A model generated the notes under the pieces. It searched no databases and was not told where the DNA came from. It saw only the letters and a list, made by a program, of their open reading frames with translations. This document shows, piece by piece, positions 52,298 to 64,000 of a stretch of 64,000 bases of DNA (position 1 is the first letter of the stretch; each line of letters opens with the position of its first letter). A program made the translations under genes and the position numbers. This DNA comes from Nitrospirota bacterium. GTDB lineage: Bacteria > Nitrospirota > UBA9217. The stretch spans positions 32,001 to 96,000 of the forward strand of contig CAVUHW010000015.1 of assembly GCA_963741205.1 (NCBI GenBank), in the 5' to 3' direction.

Positions 52298-52803
52298 ACT
52301 TATCGCATTCGAAAGGCTTCACCCTCATCGAGCTCACGGTCATCATCGTGATTCTGGGCGTCATGCTCTCGCTCATCATCCCCCGGCTCGGTGAGCTGGG
52401 CGAAGCGAACCTGAAGCGGAGCGCCAGGCACCTTACCGGGATGATCCGCTTCCTTCGGGACGAGGCGCAGGCGAAGAAATCCAGTTTCCGGCTGCGCTTC
52501 GACGTTGCGGAGGGACGATACTGGACCGAGGTTTTGACATTGAACCTCAGCGAGAAGACCGCCGAGTTCAGGCGGTATTCATCGGAAATGGGAACAGAGG
52601 GCAGTCTTTCAGGCCAGACGACATTGCGCGATGTCAAGGTTGCGAGCCATCCCGACGATCCGTATATCGAATTCTCGCCCACCGGATGGGTGGAGCACTC
52701 CTTGATCCATCTTCGTGACGGCGACGGACGGGATTTCACGCTCTTGGTCAATCCGCTCACCGGCAACACCGAACTCCGCGAGGGATATATCGAGGAGCGA
52801 TGA
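52201..52803 (+). CDS. gspH: Minor pseudopilin with a long repeat-derived leader
   Basis: 'SKG|FTLIELTVIIVILG'; position in the operon. Confidence 0.85.
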   Translation: MDAHPSPRPSPQWGEGGKESPLPRGERIKVRGDLSHSKGFTLIELTVIIVILGVMLSLIIPRLGELGEANLKRSARHLTGMIRFLRDEAQAKKSSFRLRFDVAEGRYWTEVLTLNLSEKTAEFRRYSSEMGTEGSLSGQTTLRDVKVASHPDDPYIEFSPTGWVEHSLIHLRDGDGRDFTLLVNPLTGNTELREGYIEER

Positions 52804-52865
52804 TGAAGAATTGCGGATTGCGATGGAAGTGCGGAAGGCAGGACTGATTCCGAATTCGGATTAGC

Positions 52866-53271
52866 TTGAATCGTTTACATTCCGCAATCCGCAATCCGCA
52901 ATCCGCAATCGAAGGGTTTCACTCTCCTCGAGGTCATGGTCGCCGTCTCGATCATGGCCATGGTGCTGGTGACCCTCATGGGGCTCAAAAACAGGTCCAT
53001 GCAGGACGTGGCGCTGGACGAGCATATCACCACGGCGACGATGCTGGCTGATGGGAAGATGCTGGAGACGATAAAATCACGGAACTTCGATGCAGTAGAA
53101 GAAGAGGGAGAATATCCAGCCGGGGAAAATCTTACGGAGTACACCTGGAAGAGAACAATCTCTAAAATACCGCTTCCCAACGGTACGTTGCTCACGGAGA
53201 TTCGTATTGCCACGCTGTGGAAAGAAGGCACGCGCCCGGAGATGGTGGAACTGGTGGACTATGAATTGTGA
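52866..53271 (+). CDS. gspI: Minor pseudopilin; the upstream start is out of frame with the pilin motif
   Basis: 'SKG|FTLLEVMVAV' at 52909-52947; in-frame TGA at 52867; AATCCGC tandem repeats directly upstream of the cleavage motif. Confidence 0.8.
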
Positions 53272-53994
53272 AATTTCGGATTTCGGATTTCGGATTTCGG
53301 AATGGAGAATGCTGAGGTTCCAAAAGAACTCAAATCCGCAATCCGCATTCCGCAATCCGCAATCGAACGGGTTCACGCTTCTTGAAGTGCTTATCGCCGT
53401 GGCGATCATGGCGGGAATCATTACCGTTATCTATCAGAGTTTTTTTACCGCAAGCAGAAACGTTGAACAGGCGGAAGCAATACGGGATTCGTCTGACATG
53501 GCGCGCACCCTGGTGGCGAAAATCTCCGATGATATATCCAATGCATATTATAATCAGGCAATGAACAGGTCCGCAGTCATTACGATTTTCAACGGTAAGA
53601 AGGAACAGGCTGATTCGACTGGACGAGAAAAGCAGGCTTGACAGCATTACCCTGACAACACTTACGAACTGGAGACGGCCGAACACGAAAGAGACCGATC
53701 TCTGGGAAGTCGGTTATTTTTTCAGGCAAAAGCCGGATGGCTCGGGTTATGTCATGATGCGCAGGGAAAAGCGGGAACTCAGCAAGGATGTACCGGCAGG
53801 CGAGGGCGGCAATCGAGTATGAGATCACGGACCGCGTGAAGTTTTTGCAGCTGCGGTATAACACGGGTGGAGACACCTGGTACGATGAATGGAACAGCAC
53901 GAGCCGGAACGGGCTCCCAAAACTGGTGGAGATAGCGCTGACACTCGACAGCGGGTTGACCTACTCAACATACGTTGAAGTTCAAAAATATTAG
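53261..53994 (+). CDS. gspJ: Minor pseudopilin with a repeat-derived leader, frameshifted
   Basis: MNCEISDFGFRISE..NPQSAFRNPQSNG|FTLLEVLIAVAI; C-terminal 'LPKLVEIAL'. Confidence 0.85.
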
Positions 53995-54839
53995 CCGACG
54001 CGTCAGGGAGTGCGGGGTGCGGAAGGGTCATCATTGGGTGCGCAACAGTCGCGGGGTGGCGCTTATCATCGTTCTTTTGGTTACGGCGCTTTTGATCGCG
54101 TTGATTTTTGAGTTTGCCTACGGAACGCGGGTGAGCCTCCGTGCCGCCGTAAACTTCCGCAACAGTGAGAGGGCATATTTTCTCGCACGCTCGGGTTTCG
54201 GGGTATTCGCCAGGTTTCCCGAAGTGCGGGATTATTATCATCAAGGGGAATTGAGTGACCCCCTTCCTTTCGTGAGTGAAGCCGACAAGGAACTGAGAGT
54301 CCTATGGGAAGATGAGCGCGGAAAAATCAATGTGACAAACATATCCAGGGGGAATGTCGCTTTCAACCGTCTCACGAATCTATTTTCCATTCTCCAGATC
54401 GACCAGGGCATTCTTGACCAGATCAGTTCATGGATGACCAATGAGCAAAGAGGCTTCTATTTGCTTACCGAGCTTCACCTGTTCCTGAGCGACGACGACT
54501 ACCGGAAAGTCGAGCACTTTCTGACGGTAAACAACAATACGGACGAGAAGATCAACATAAACACCGCACCGTCCCAAGTTCTTCAAAGTCTCGGGTTAAG
54601 CGCCCCGGATGCAGACCGTATTGTTGATTCAGCAAAACAAGAACCCTTTGATCCAGGCAAAAAACCTGATCAATACCGCACCCGGTATGACCGCGATGAT
54701 CGCCGGACAATTGGTCACGTCAAGCAACGTGTTCAAAGTCAGCTCAATCGCAACGGTAGGCGGTTACACAAAGCACATTGATGCTATCATGACGATGAAC
54801 GGTCCTCAATACACCATAAACTACTGGAGAGCGCTTTGA
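53975..54839 (+). CDS. gspK: Minor pseudopilin K, frameshifted near 54660; start may be GTG 54017
   Basis: 'SRG|VALIIVLL', 'DERGKINV', 'KININTA'. Confidence 0.85.
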
Positions 54840-56168
54840 AGATCGTCGGTTTGAAGATCGAGCAGGGAAGGGTCGCCGCGTCGGTCGTCGAGCAGGGCCT
54901 GCGCCAGACGGAGCTCGCGGGCTCCTTCAGCCTTCCTTTCACATCGGACGCCGAACTCGCGGACATCCTGCGTGAGAGAGTCGCGGGAGTGGGCCGGCGC
55001 GCGCATCGTCTCGTCCATGCCCGGGGCGCGGTTCAGCCAGCGAACCGTGACGTTCCCCTTTGCCGACCGCAAGCGCGTGGAAAAAGCCCTGCCGTTCGAA
55101 CTGGAAGACAGCATTCCCTTTCCCCTGGACGACGTTGAGATCGATCACCTCGTGCTGGACCGGCCCGGGACAGCGGCGGACAAAAAGAAAGAACACGTGA
55201 TCGTCGGCATCATGGTCTCGAAACCCGCCCTGAGGCAGCATCTCGAACTCCTCGCCGCGGCCGGCATCGACCCGCAGGTCGTCGTCCCTTCCTACGTCGG
55301 TCTCTGGTGTGTCGCGAAAAGAATACCGTCGGAGGGCATCTCCGTCTTCATCGACGGCAGCGACATCTGCCTCAAGGATGGAAATGCGGTTTTGTCCTGC
55401 CGAAGTTTTTCAACCGCGCAGTCCACCGGCGGCATCCGCCAAACACTCAAGGCGATGGAGACCGAGCACGCGGTCCAGATCGAGCAGGCCTTCCTCCTCT
55501 CCGAAGACAGCAGGATGCGCGCGGAGCTTGCGGAGCTGGGGCTCACGGTCGATCAGGCCGCATTCGACTTGCACGGCAAGAAGGCGGAAGACCCCGGAAG
55601 CCTCGGCCTTGCCCTGTGCGAGCAGACGAATTTCCGCAAAGGGGAATTCGCGTACCGGCGCGCCGACGTGGGCGTGCGCAAGCGGAGGCTCACGCTCGTC
55701 ATCGCGGGGGTCGTTGCCGCGGTCCTTGCAGCCGCGAACCTGGGCGTGAAGTTTTATCTGGTCGAGTCCAGTTACGGCAAGCTGGACCGGGAGATCAAGG
55801 AAGTCTACCGGAAAACGTTTCCGGAGGCCAAAATCGTGGCCGATCCGGTCCGTCAGCTCCGGTCCCGGCTCGATGAAGCGCAGAAAAAATTCGGGGTCCT
55901 CGGCTCCGGTTCGTCCGTCCTCGACGTTATGAAGGCGGTGACCGACGGGATCCCCAAGGAAGTGCGCGTCAGTTTTCAGGAGTTCATCCTTGAAGGCGAC
56001 CGGCTGAAGCTTTCGGGCGATGCGGCCTCCTTTGAATCCGTGGACAAGATGAAAGCCGAGCTTCAGAAGGCGGAGCCCTTCTCCGACGTCCAGGTCCTGG
56101 ACACGCGGATGGGCGTGGACAACAAGGTGAAGTTCCGGTTCGAGATGAAGCTGAAGCAGTCGATGTAG
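54836..56168 (+). CDS. gspL: Type II secretion protein L, frameshifted near 54970
   Basis: 'LPFELEDSIPF', TM helix, PilN-like C-terminus; position in the operon. Confidence 0.82.
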
Positions 56169-56181
56169 ACCACGAGGAATG

Positions 56182-56536
56182 TGTAACCACAGATGAACAC
56201 AGATGGACACGGTAAAGACAGAGACAATGACCCTGAAAAGGATTCTTTATAAAGAATTAACAAAGGATAATCTGGACTCGGCTTTTAAAATACATAATGC
56301 CTGGGTTGCGGCTGCTGGAAAAAGTTTATGGCAATGCTCTGATATGGGATCTGGAACTAAAAAAGAAAAAAGTTTCAATGCAGCAACAATACAGCTGTTT
56401 GGTACTGATATCGTCGAAGAAAATCGTGGAAAAAATCTGTAACGGCGAGTTGCTCAATTATTTAAGGATTCTGGGTCGTGTTGGTCCTAATGGACCGAAA
56501 GAGTATGTTTGTTTAACGTGTTCATCCGTGGTTACA
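56182..56536 (+). mobile_element. Palindromic element with ACACAGATG arms carrying a decayed GxxExxY gene
   Basis: tgtaaccacagatgaacac (56182-56200) / gtgttcatccgtggttaca (56518-56536), 1 mismatch; same arms as 51635-51729. Confidence 0.7.
56227..56516 (+). pseudogene. GxxExxY family protein remnant
   Basis: 'ILYKELT..SAFKIHNA', then in another frame 'LLEKVYGNAL..', 'DIV' and 'LLNYLR'. Multiple indels and deletions; AT-rich. Confidence 0.75.
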
Positions 56537-56549
56537 ACAGGAGCATTTC

Positions 56550-57050
56550 GTGAAACTTGAAGAACGGGACAAAAAGGTGCTCATCTTCGGCGGCGCGGCG
56601 GCGGTGCTCATCCTGCTCTACGCCCTTGTCCTTTCCCCGCTTACTGCGGACCTCTCCCTCAAACGGGAATTGATCCCGAAGAAGGAGAAGGACCTCGCGG
56701 AGATCAAGACGCTCAGGACGCAGTATCTCGACATCCAAAAGCGGCTCCAGGAGGCCCAGGCCGCGGCTGCGCAGCGGGGGCCTCTGCTCACGGACATCGA
56801 AAGCATCTCCAAACGGGCGAACCTCTCGAGCAAGATAGTCTCGCTCAAGCCGCAGGCGGGCGTCCAGACCGCGGGCTTCACGGAGAGCATCGTCGAGGTC
56901 AAGCTGGAGAACATAACGCTCTACGACGTCGTGACCTACGTCTATATGCTCGAGAAGGACACCCTGCGGATCAGGAAGCTCCAGTTCAAGCCGCGGTACG
57001 ACAATCCCAAACTGCTGAACGCGACCATCCTTGTATCGAGCGCCGGGTAG
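56550..57050 (+). CDS. gspM: Type II secretion protein M
   Basis: 'ERDKKVLIFGG' plus TM and coiled coil; lies between gspL and gspN. Confidence 0.8.
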   Translation: MKLEERDKKVLIFGGAAAVLILLYALVLSPLTADLSLKRELIPKKEKDLAEIKTLRTQYLDIQKRLQEAQAAAAQRGPLLTDIESISKRANLSSKIVSLKPQAGVQTAGFTESIVEVKLENITLYDVVTYVYMLEKDTLRIRKLQFKPRYDNPKLLNATILVSSAG

Positions 57051-57053
57051 GAC

Positions 57054-57884
57054 ATGATCGACAAAAAAAAACTTATCCGACGATTGTCCTTCGCCGCGTA
57101 CTTCGTCGCGGCCTTTCTGTTTTTTCTCTTCGCGCTTTTCCCCTTTGACCGCGTCAAATTAAAGCTGGAGTCCGAGGTCCGTCAGCGCGCGCCAGTTCAG
57201 CTCTCCATTGCCCGCATCGCTCCGCGGTTCATTAACCGTTTCGCGCTGACCGATGTGGTCGTATCCGATCAGAAGGGGAAGGTCCTGTTCGAAAGCCCGT
57301 CCGTGACGGCCGCGGTCTCGCTCATAGGCCTCCTCCGCGGAACGCTCTCGCTCGACATGAAGGCAAAGGCCTACGGCGGGGACCTCTTGGTGAAGACGCA
57401 GCAGGGCCGGGGCAGGCAATATTTCCTCATCGACGCGAACGGTCTGGATGTGGGCTCCTACCGGCTGTTGAAGGACGCTGGCCTCAAGCTCTCGGGCAAG
57501 CTCGGCGGAAACATAGAAATGACCGGCGACGCGGGCAAAGGAAGGCTGTGGCTCAAGGGACTGACCTCACGCGAGCTCACGATAAAAGGCTTTCCCCTGC
57601 CCGACCTCGATTTCGAACAGTGCTGGCTCGAGGCGGAAATCAAGGGTGACCGGCTGACGATCAGGAAACTGGAGCTTGACGGCAAGGAGCTCACGGTCCG
57701 GTGTCTCGGAGACATGGTGCTTCGCGAGCGCGGGACCATCAACCTGACGATCAAGCTCAAGCCGTCGGAGCGGCTCGCGCGGGAGCAGGCCGGCGTTCTG
57801 TCCCTCTTAAAGAACAGGGACGCCGAAGGCTTCTATCAGTTCAGCCTCGGCGGCACGCTGTCGGAACCGGTGCCTCGGTTGTAA
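57054..57884 (+). CDS. gspN: Type II secretion protein N
   Basis: TM ending 'LFPFD', beta-rich body, C-terminal 'LGGTLSEP'. Confidence 0.8.
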   Translation: MIDKKKLIRRLSFAAYFVAAFLFFLFALFPFDRVKLKLESEVRQRAPVQLSIARIAPRFINRFALTDVVVSDQKGKVLFESPSVTAAVSLIGLLRGTLSLDMKAKAYGGDLLVKTQQGRGRQYFLIDANGLDVGSYRLLKDAGLKLSGKLGGNIEMTGDAGKGRLWLKGLTSRELTIKGFPLPDLDFEQCWLEAEIKGDRLTIRKLELDGKELTVRCLGDMVLRERGTINLTIKLKPSERLAREQAGVLSLLKNRDAEGFYQFSLGGTLSEPVPRL

Positions 57885-58046
57885 AGGAAAGGTCTCCGCA
57901 AGAATACTTCGACCTTCTCCGCTTACCATAAATATGTGTTGATTATACGGCTCCGGATCAACTAGTTCTACGTCCGGGAGTGTATGCGGGCGCCCCGTGG
58001 TAGCCGAGGACTAATTAAAAGACAAAGATCGTCAGAACAGCATTAG

Positions 58047-58087
58047 AAAGCCTGCCAGATAGTTTACTCCTGGCAGGCTTTTTATTG
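58047..58087 (+). terminator. Intrinsic terminator downstream of the gsp operon
   Basis: aaagcctgccag-atagtttactc-ctggcaggcttttt. Confidence 0.8.
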
Positions 58088-58423
58088 GATATCCAGAAAA
58101 TATCCCACTAACATTTAAGTTTTACATATTTTCGGATATGAATGGTATTACTATGGTGCAATTTACAGATTTGGCATGGAGCGCTACAATTGAGGCAAAC
58201 GATAATAAAGGGAAGGAAGGGAAAGGGGTATCCCTACGGCTCAAATTGCACCATCTGATGGTGTCAATAGAGAAGTCGACAATCAGTTTCCCGGTTGAAC
58301 GATCGGGAATGATTTTGCATCGTTTCATTTGGTGGCATCCCCGAATATCTTTCTCGGGGATAGGGTTCTGCAGAGAGCGATTACCTGAGCTAAAGGGATA
58401 CACCCTTCAAAAGGTGATCTGCC

Positions 58424-61224
<2,801 letters not shown>

Positions 61225-61366
61225 CCGAGCAAAGGGATTCGTTTTGGTAGACGCAGGCTTTAGCCTGCGTTTGAAACGCCGCAAAAAACGAAAAAAACAC
61301 GCAAGCTGAAGCTTGCGGCTACAATATTTCATTAAGGCTTATAAAAAAACCGAGGAAGGAGATATC

Positions 61367-62350
61367 ATGCAGCGTTTTCACCGATTATCAATACCTGTGC
61401 TCACGGCTCTTTTCTTGCTCATCGGAACCATGCTGACTCTCCAGTCAGCCACCGTCATGGCCGCCGAAACAGGGGGCACGATCTGGGGCGCGGACTACTT
61501 CCCCGACGTCCCGCTCATCACTCATGAAGGAAAGACGGTGCGGTTCTTCAGCGACGTAATAAAAGGCAAGGTGGTGGCGCTCAATTTCATTTACACCAAT
61601 TGTCCGGATGCGTGCGCGCTGGAGACGGCGAGGCTTCGCGAGGTCCAGAGGATCCTCGGTGACCGTGTCGGCCGAGACGTGTTCATGTATTCGATTACCA
61701 TCGATCCGGAACATGATACGCCGAAGGTGCTGAAGCAATATGCGGAAAAATTTCAGATAGGTCCTGGCTGGTTGTTTCTGACAGGGAAAGAGGCCGACAT
61801 CACGCTTATCCGCGAGAAGCTCGGCCTGTACGGCGAGGAGGACAAAGGCGAAAGCCTTAAGGAGCACAACCTGAGTTTCATTATCGGCAATCAGGCAACG
61901 GGACAGTGGATGAAGATGTCGCCCTTTGAAAATCCCTATGTCCTGGCTACGCAGCTCGGAAGCTGGCTGCAGAACTGGAAGATGCCGCCGAAAGAAAAAA
62001 GAGATTATGCCGAGGCCCCGCAGGTGCGCAATATCTCGAAGGGAGAAGAGCTCTTCCGCACGCGCTGCGCTTCCTGCCACACGATCGGGATGAAGGATGC
62101 CGAGAGGGCGGAGAAGCGGCCCTTAGGACCGGACCTCCTGGGTGTGACCCATAAGCGCGACCGGGCCTGGCTCAACCGCTGGATGGCTGAGCCGGACAAG
62201 ATGCTGGCGGAGAAGGACCCGCTGGCCATAAAGCTTTTAGCCGAATACCACAACCTGCCTATGCCCAATCTGGGGTTAAACAGCGACGAGATCCAGAACG
62301 TGCTGAGCTATATCGATGAAGAGAGCCACAGAATGGGGTATCACCATTGA
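61367..62350 (+). CDS. SCO1/SenC copper chaperone fused to a cytochrome c domain
   Basis: 'FIYTNCPDAC', 'SITIDPEHDTP', heme motif 'CASCH', 'GPDL', 'MPN'. Confidence 0.9.
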   Translation: MQRFHRLSIPVLTALFLLIGTMLTLQSATVMAAETGGTIWGADYFPDVPLITHEGKTVRFFSDVIKGKVVALNFIYTNCPDACALETARLREVQRILGDRVGRDVFMYSITIDPEHDTPKVLKQYAEKFQIGPGWLFLTGKEADITLIREKLGLYGEEDKGESLKEHNLSFIIGNQATGQWMKMSPFENPYVLATQLGSWLQNWKMPPKEKRDYAEAPQVRNISKGEELFRTRCASCHTIGMKDAERAEKRPLGPDLLGVTHKRDRAWLNRWMAEPDKMLAEKDPLAIKLLAEYHNLPMPNLGLNSDEIQNVLSYIDEESHRMGYHH

Positions 62351-62351
62351 A

Positions 62352-62440
62352 GCGAATTGCGGAATTGCGGAATCGAAAATGAAGAAATGGCTCATTGCCG
62401 TTTAATCCGCAATCCGAAATCCGCAATCCGAAATCGCAAC
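62352..62440. repeat. Heptamer palindromic element (TGCGGAA/AATCCGM) between convergent genes
   Basis: gaattgcggaattgcggaatcg ... aatccgcaatccgaaatccgcaatccgaaatcg. Confidence 0.85.
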
Positions 62441-62445
62441 TCACC

Positions 62446-62937
62446 TCAATCCTTCAATTTCTTGATCCGTTCCTCAATATCATCGGGAATGAGGGAGTTC
62501 TTGTAGCGTACGACTCCTTTGGAATCGATCAGAAAGACGGTCGGCACCCCGCGGACCTTGAATGCCTGTCCAATTTCAAAGGAATGATCGAAACCGACGG
62601 GAATCACGTAACCGTATTTCTTCCAGTAGGCCCGGGCTTTACTCTCGCTGTCGTTTAAGCCGGTATTGACGGCGATGATTTCCACTTCCGTCTGACCAAA
62701 CCGCAGGGCCAACCTGTTAATTTTTGGAAGCTCCCTCATGCAGTCGGGACACCACGTATTCCAGAAAACGAGCATGACCGGCCTTCCCGCAAGGGCCTGA
62801 CGCGAGAGGTTTTTACCGTCAAAGGTCTGCACGGCAAAGTCCGGCATTGGCTCGCCCACTTCGACAGCCCACCCGGTGGAAGCCTTGACCATAAGGAGCA
62901 AGAGCGCCAACCATAAAATTTTAGAGATTTTTTTCAT
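62446..62937 (-). CDS. TlpA/ResA family thiol-disulfide oxidoreductase
   Basis: Signal peptide; 'FWNTWCPDC..ELP', 'GVPTVFLID'. Confidence 0.9.
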   Translation of the reverse strand: MKKISKILWLALLLLMVKASTGWAVEVGEPMPDFAVQTFDGKNLSRQALAGRPVMLVFWNTWCPDCMRELPKINRLALRFGQTEVEIIAVNTGLNDSESKARAYWKKYGYVIPVGFDHSFEIGQAFKVRGVPTVFLIDSKGVVRYKNSLIPDDIEERIKKLKD

Positions 62938-62948
62938 ATCCGCCGCCT

Positions 62949-63713
62949 CTACAACCACACCTGTCCGGCCTTGATGAGATAATATTCCGCAAACCCCAGC
63001 ATCAAAACGGCGATGACCTTTTTCACACCAGCCATCCAACCTCCGGGTTTGGGGAGTGCCGCGGCCAGCCCCGAAAATGTGCCGGCGACAATGAGAAGAA
63101 TCCCCATACCCATGGAAAAGGCGAACAGCAGGATGCCTCCGAACAGAACGCTCCGGCTCGTTGCAACATAGGTAAGCAGGGCGAAAAGCATCGGTGAAGT
63201 ACACGGCGATGCCACCAAACCCGAGGCGGCCCCGACCAGGAACGCTCCGATGACTCCTCCCATGACCGGTTTCCTCGATCGGCCCTGAAACCACGCGGGA
63301 AACGGAACAACTTCCAGGAGGTTCAGGGCAAACAGAATGAACACGTTGGCGACAATAAGAAGGGCCCAGGGGCTGGTGCTGATCCTGCCGAATAAATCGC
63401 CGGTCAGCGCCGCAATCATGCCGAGCAGCGAATAGACCGTCGCCATCCCCGCGACATAGCAGAGGGAAAGTAAAAAATATCTCGCCCGCACGCTCCCTCC
63501 GGAGGATCCGGCGACAACCGATTCAATATTTGTTACCGGACTGCAGTGTTCGCACAGTGCTCTTTCTTTGACCGACCTGCCGCTGACATATGCCGAGACA
63601 ATGGGGATCATGGGGTAGATGCAGGGGGAAAGACCGGCGAGAATCCCCCCCACAAAGGCTGCTCCGACCGCAGCCACTGGCGCTCCCGCAAGATACGTTT
63701 CCATTGAGATCAT
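62949..63713 (-). CDS. ccdA: CcdA/DsbD-beta cytochrome c biogenesis membrane protein
   Basis: 'LSPCIYPMIP' and 'VASPCTSP'; multiple TM segments. Confidence 0.85.
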   Translation of the reverse strand: MISMETYLAGAPVAAVGAAFVGGILAGLSPCIYPMIPIVSAYVSGRSVKERALCEHCSPVTNIESVVAGSSGGSVRARYFLLSLCYVAGMATVYSLLGMIAALTGDLFGRISTSPWALLIVANVFILFALNLLEVVPFPAWFQGRSRKPVMGGVIGAFLVGAASGLVASPCTSPMLFALLTYVATSRSVLFGGILLFAFSMGMGILLIVAGTFSGLAAALPKPGGWMAGVKKVIAVLMLGFAEYYLIKAGQVWL

Positions 63714-64000
63714 GTTAATTTCACCTCGATGGTCAGCACACTACACATGCACTCATGTAAATTATAACTCGTTGACGGTCATTTGAGCCACTCGACGGTG
63801 GGACCGGTGGATTTAAAGGCCGCCTTCAGCCGCTTGTCGGTCTGTCCGAGTGAGTGTACCGGTTTTGCGCATGTTTTCGGAAAGCAGAAGCCGGTAACGC
63901 CGTCTAAGTCCGCCCGAAAAACATTTCAAACTTGAAGAGGATGCCGAAGGTGGCGTCGAAGTTTGCATCCCTCGGAAACCGGACCTGGGGGGCTGCCTCG

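Noticed and set aside
52805-53365. Tandem repeats as a CRISPR array
   Set aside because: Units are 7 nt, with no regular repeat-spacer period and no cas genes.
63865-64000. Possible 3' end of a minus-strand gene at the window edge
   Set aside because: Too short to assign a frame or product.

Overview
A bacterial chromosomal segment, mostly GC-rich, whose gene content and style resemble Nitrospirota or Desulfobacterota (inference). The first ~1.06 kb looks AT-richer and Bacteroidota-like and is fused in frame to ligD, which suggests an assembly chimera or a recent junction. Many long genes are broken by single-base indels, best explained as long-read consensus errors. Contents in order: ligD (PE-LIG), DUF72, a CBS gene under a GEMM-I (c-di-GMP-I class) riboswitch, AKR, a fused CoA-dehydratase activase, doxX, RibD_C, an IS200/IS605 tnpB element, aroF, a decaying DUF2281/PemK toxin-antitoxin pair with a type III Res remnant, sppA, a SurA-like gene, a HisKA-only sensor, an Omp85 gene, pal-cpoB, cusCBA, UPF0182, an NrdR-boxed nrdJ, a desulforedoxin-like/histone-H1-like fusion, ttcA, a gspC-N type II secretion operon, a secreted multicopper oxidase with SCO-cytochrome c, and tlpA/ccdA. 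The most unusual signal is a set of about 20 small palindromic elements, many built from tandem 7-10-mer arms. They sit at gene junctions (8 of 11 gsp junctions) and nest inside each other. Some are translated as cleavable pseudopilin leader peptides, and one carries a decayed GxxExxY gene between arms shared with an empty copy.
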